A DNA stretch of 56,247 bases from a virus (Duplodnaviria > Caudoviricetes), in the IMG/VR virus record IMGVR_UViG_3300020533_000001, positions 1-56,247 of that record; one strand, 5' to 3'. Each line of letters starts with the position of its first letter. Position 1 is the stretch's first letter. Both the position numbers and the translations under genes were made by a program. Positions 54,794 to 56,247 of the stretch are shown here, piece after piece. The notes beneath the pieces were generated by a model that ran no database searches, was not told the origin of the DNA, and was given only the letters and a program-made list of their open reading frames with translations.

Positions 54794-56016
54794 TGGACAA
54801 AGAAACCGCTGAAATGCTTGGCTTGCCATACGATCCGATTCTTGATGACACTTCTGACGTTGCTGCTCCTGCTCAAGCACCATTGTCGTCTGTTGTGTCT
54901 GGCGATTCCGGCGCTTTGCAAAAAATCAGAGAGCGTGTTCTTCGGACCTTGGATGAGTCTGACGAGGAGTCTCGCCGTTATCAGGACACGCTTAATCGCA
55001 TTGAAGAGGCCAAGCAGCGTCTTTTGGCTGCGCCTGATAAACGTCAAGTTCTTCAGGGCTTTGTTAACAAACTGACTGCACCGAAAGAAAGAACTGATCC
55101 ACGTTTTTACGAGCGTCGTAATCTGTTTACATTTTTGCGTGACGTAGGTGAGTACGGTCAGGAGCAGCGTGAGGCTGAAAAAGAGCGCGAAGCCAAGCGA
55201 GTCATGTTGCAGGAAATGCAAGCTAAGTACGGTATGGAGCAGGCCGAGAAGCGTCGTAGCCGTGCTGAACTGTTGGCTGCGCAGTATTTGTCTAAGGAGC
55301 CGAAAGAGACTGAGCCTCCTCCAAATCTTCGTGAGACTCAGCACTATCAAAATGTTGTTAGGAATCCTGAAAAATTTAGCCCAGACGAGGTTCAATACGC
55401 TCAGGATTGGTTGAAAAAGTCTGTTCGCATTCCCGATAGTGGAAAAGACAAGGGTGGCTTAAGTCCTTCTGACATTCGGTCCATTCGCTTAGAAGTTGCT
55501 TCGACTCTTAATGCTCCGAAGGAGAGACTAACCTCAATTAACGAAGGTCTAAACAACTTAGGATTAGCAATTAAGGGTAATCCGCAGGCTGAAGAACAAT
55601 TAAATCGTGCTCTTGCTTCTATAAACGGCGACAAGCAGCTTAGTCTTGCTGAAGTTCAAACCGTTGTTGGAGCCGGATCGTTTGCTCAGCGTGTTACAAA
55701 TGCTATTTCCAAGTTCTTTACAGGCGGCGCTGGCGATTTAACCAACGAGCAAAAGAAAGAGCTTCTTGAGACTTACGAGGCATATCACGCAAAGCGATAT
55801 AACGACGGAAGAAATCGCCTAAAGAATATTTATTCTGGCGCTGGGTTTACTGATTTGCCTGAAGACATTTTTGAGTCTCCTTACATCAGTGTTGCAGAAA
55901 GGCGACGACGTAAAGCAGAAGCAGACGCAAAGGCTAAGAGAGATGCTGAAGCAGCAGCCAAGGGTGAATCTGGAACCATTGTGGTAAATGGCAAGACAGG
56001 CCGATTGGTAAATTAA
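54793..56016 (+). CDS. Putative ejection/internal virion protein
   Basis: Helical, charged 407-aa ORF, TAATG-coupled in the ejection cluster. Confidence 0.7.
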   Translation: MDKETAEMLGLPYDPILDDTSDVAAPAQAPLSSVVSGDSGALQKIRERVLRTLDESDEESRRYQDTLNRIEEAKQRLLAAPDKRQVLQGFVNKLTAPKERTDPRFYERRNLFTFLRDVGEYGQEQREAEKEREAKRVMLQEMQAKYGMEQAEKRRSRAELLAAQYLSKEPKETEPPPNLRETQHYQNVVRNPEKFSPDEVQYAQDWLKKSVRIPDSGKDKGGLSPSDIRSIRLEVASTLNAPKERLTSINEGLNNLGLAIKGNPQAEEQLNRALASINGDKQLSLAEVQTVVGAGSFAQRVTNAISKFFTGGAGDLTNEQKKELLETYEAYHAKRYNDGRNRLKNIYSGAGFTDLPEDIFESPYISVAERRRRKAEADAKAKRDAEAAAKGESGTIVVNGKTGRLVN

Positions 56017-56028
56017 TAGGGGTCTTGA

Positions 56029-56247
56029 ATGGCTAACAACATTTACACGATTGGCAATAAGAAGTACGAGTTTGATGAGCCGCTGACCCCGGAGGAGTTG
56101 CGCCAGCTTGAAGTGAAACTTGGCGTTAAACCATCGGGAAAACCTCCTGCTACCGCACCGACCCCAGAGTCAGTTGCAACTCAGCCCCCACCTGCCGTTC
56201 CCAGTGGTCCGCAAAAACCGGCTGGCACTCTTGAGTATTTGTTGAAT
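56029..56247 (+). CDS. 5' part of the large SLT-containing virion protein (continues at window start)
   Basis: MANNIYTIGNKKYEFDEPLT..; SD AGGGG; in frame with ORF 99-3512. Confidence 0.85.
   Translation, partial: MANNIYTIGNKKYEFDEPLTPEELRQLEVKLGVKPSGKPPATAPTPESVATQPPPAVPSGPQKPAGTLEYLLN
56141..56247. repeat. Terminal direct repeat, copy 2
   Basis: Identical to 1-107. Confidence 0.97.

Noticed and set aside
1-56247. tRNA genes, stop-codon reassignment, integrase/att site
   Set aside because: No cloverleaf noticed by eye, genes are intact in the standard code with all three stops used, and no recombinase motifs were seen; tRNAscan-SE would be needed to exclude tRNAs formally.

Overview
A complete, circularly permuted genome of a tailed dsDNA phage. 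Bases 1-107 repeat exactly at 56141-56247, giving a unit length of 56,140 bp, and one ORF reads across the junction. The architecture is podovirus-like: portal, scaffold, capsid, adaptors, nozzle, fibres and four large ejection-type genes, with no tail tube or tape measure gene. The host is probably a proteobacterium, inferred from sigma70 promoters and IHF- and Fur-like sites. Layout: replication/recombination genes (4.7-12.5 kb); a leftward accessory arm with three glycosyltransferases, two methyltransferases and many small ORFs (12.6-23.1 kb); an origin-like intergenic region, terS, ardC and a repeat-rich putative packaging region (23.1-25.6 kb); then terL, head, tail, lysis and ejection genes (25.6 kb round to 3.5 kb). 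I see no DNA polymerase, integrase, tRNA or CRISPR array. Most interesting signals: (1) four TonB-box-like motifs in a putative ejection protein, with Fur-box-like sites near the putative genome end, suggesting colicin-style TonB-powered entry; (2) a shared [YFMKL]-x-x-G-G motif that separates modules in at least six late proteins, suggesting polyprotein processing or capsid targeting; (3) locally recoded gene ends next to two free-standing GIY-YIG nucleases; (4) a 7x7-nt leader array, a repeated CAA-N5-TTG operator and several strand-specific RNA stems. All family calls are from motif recognition by eye; no database search was run.
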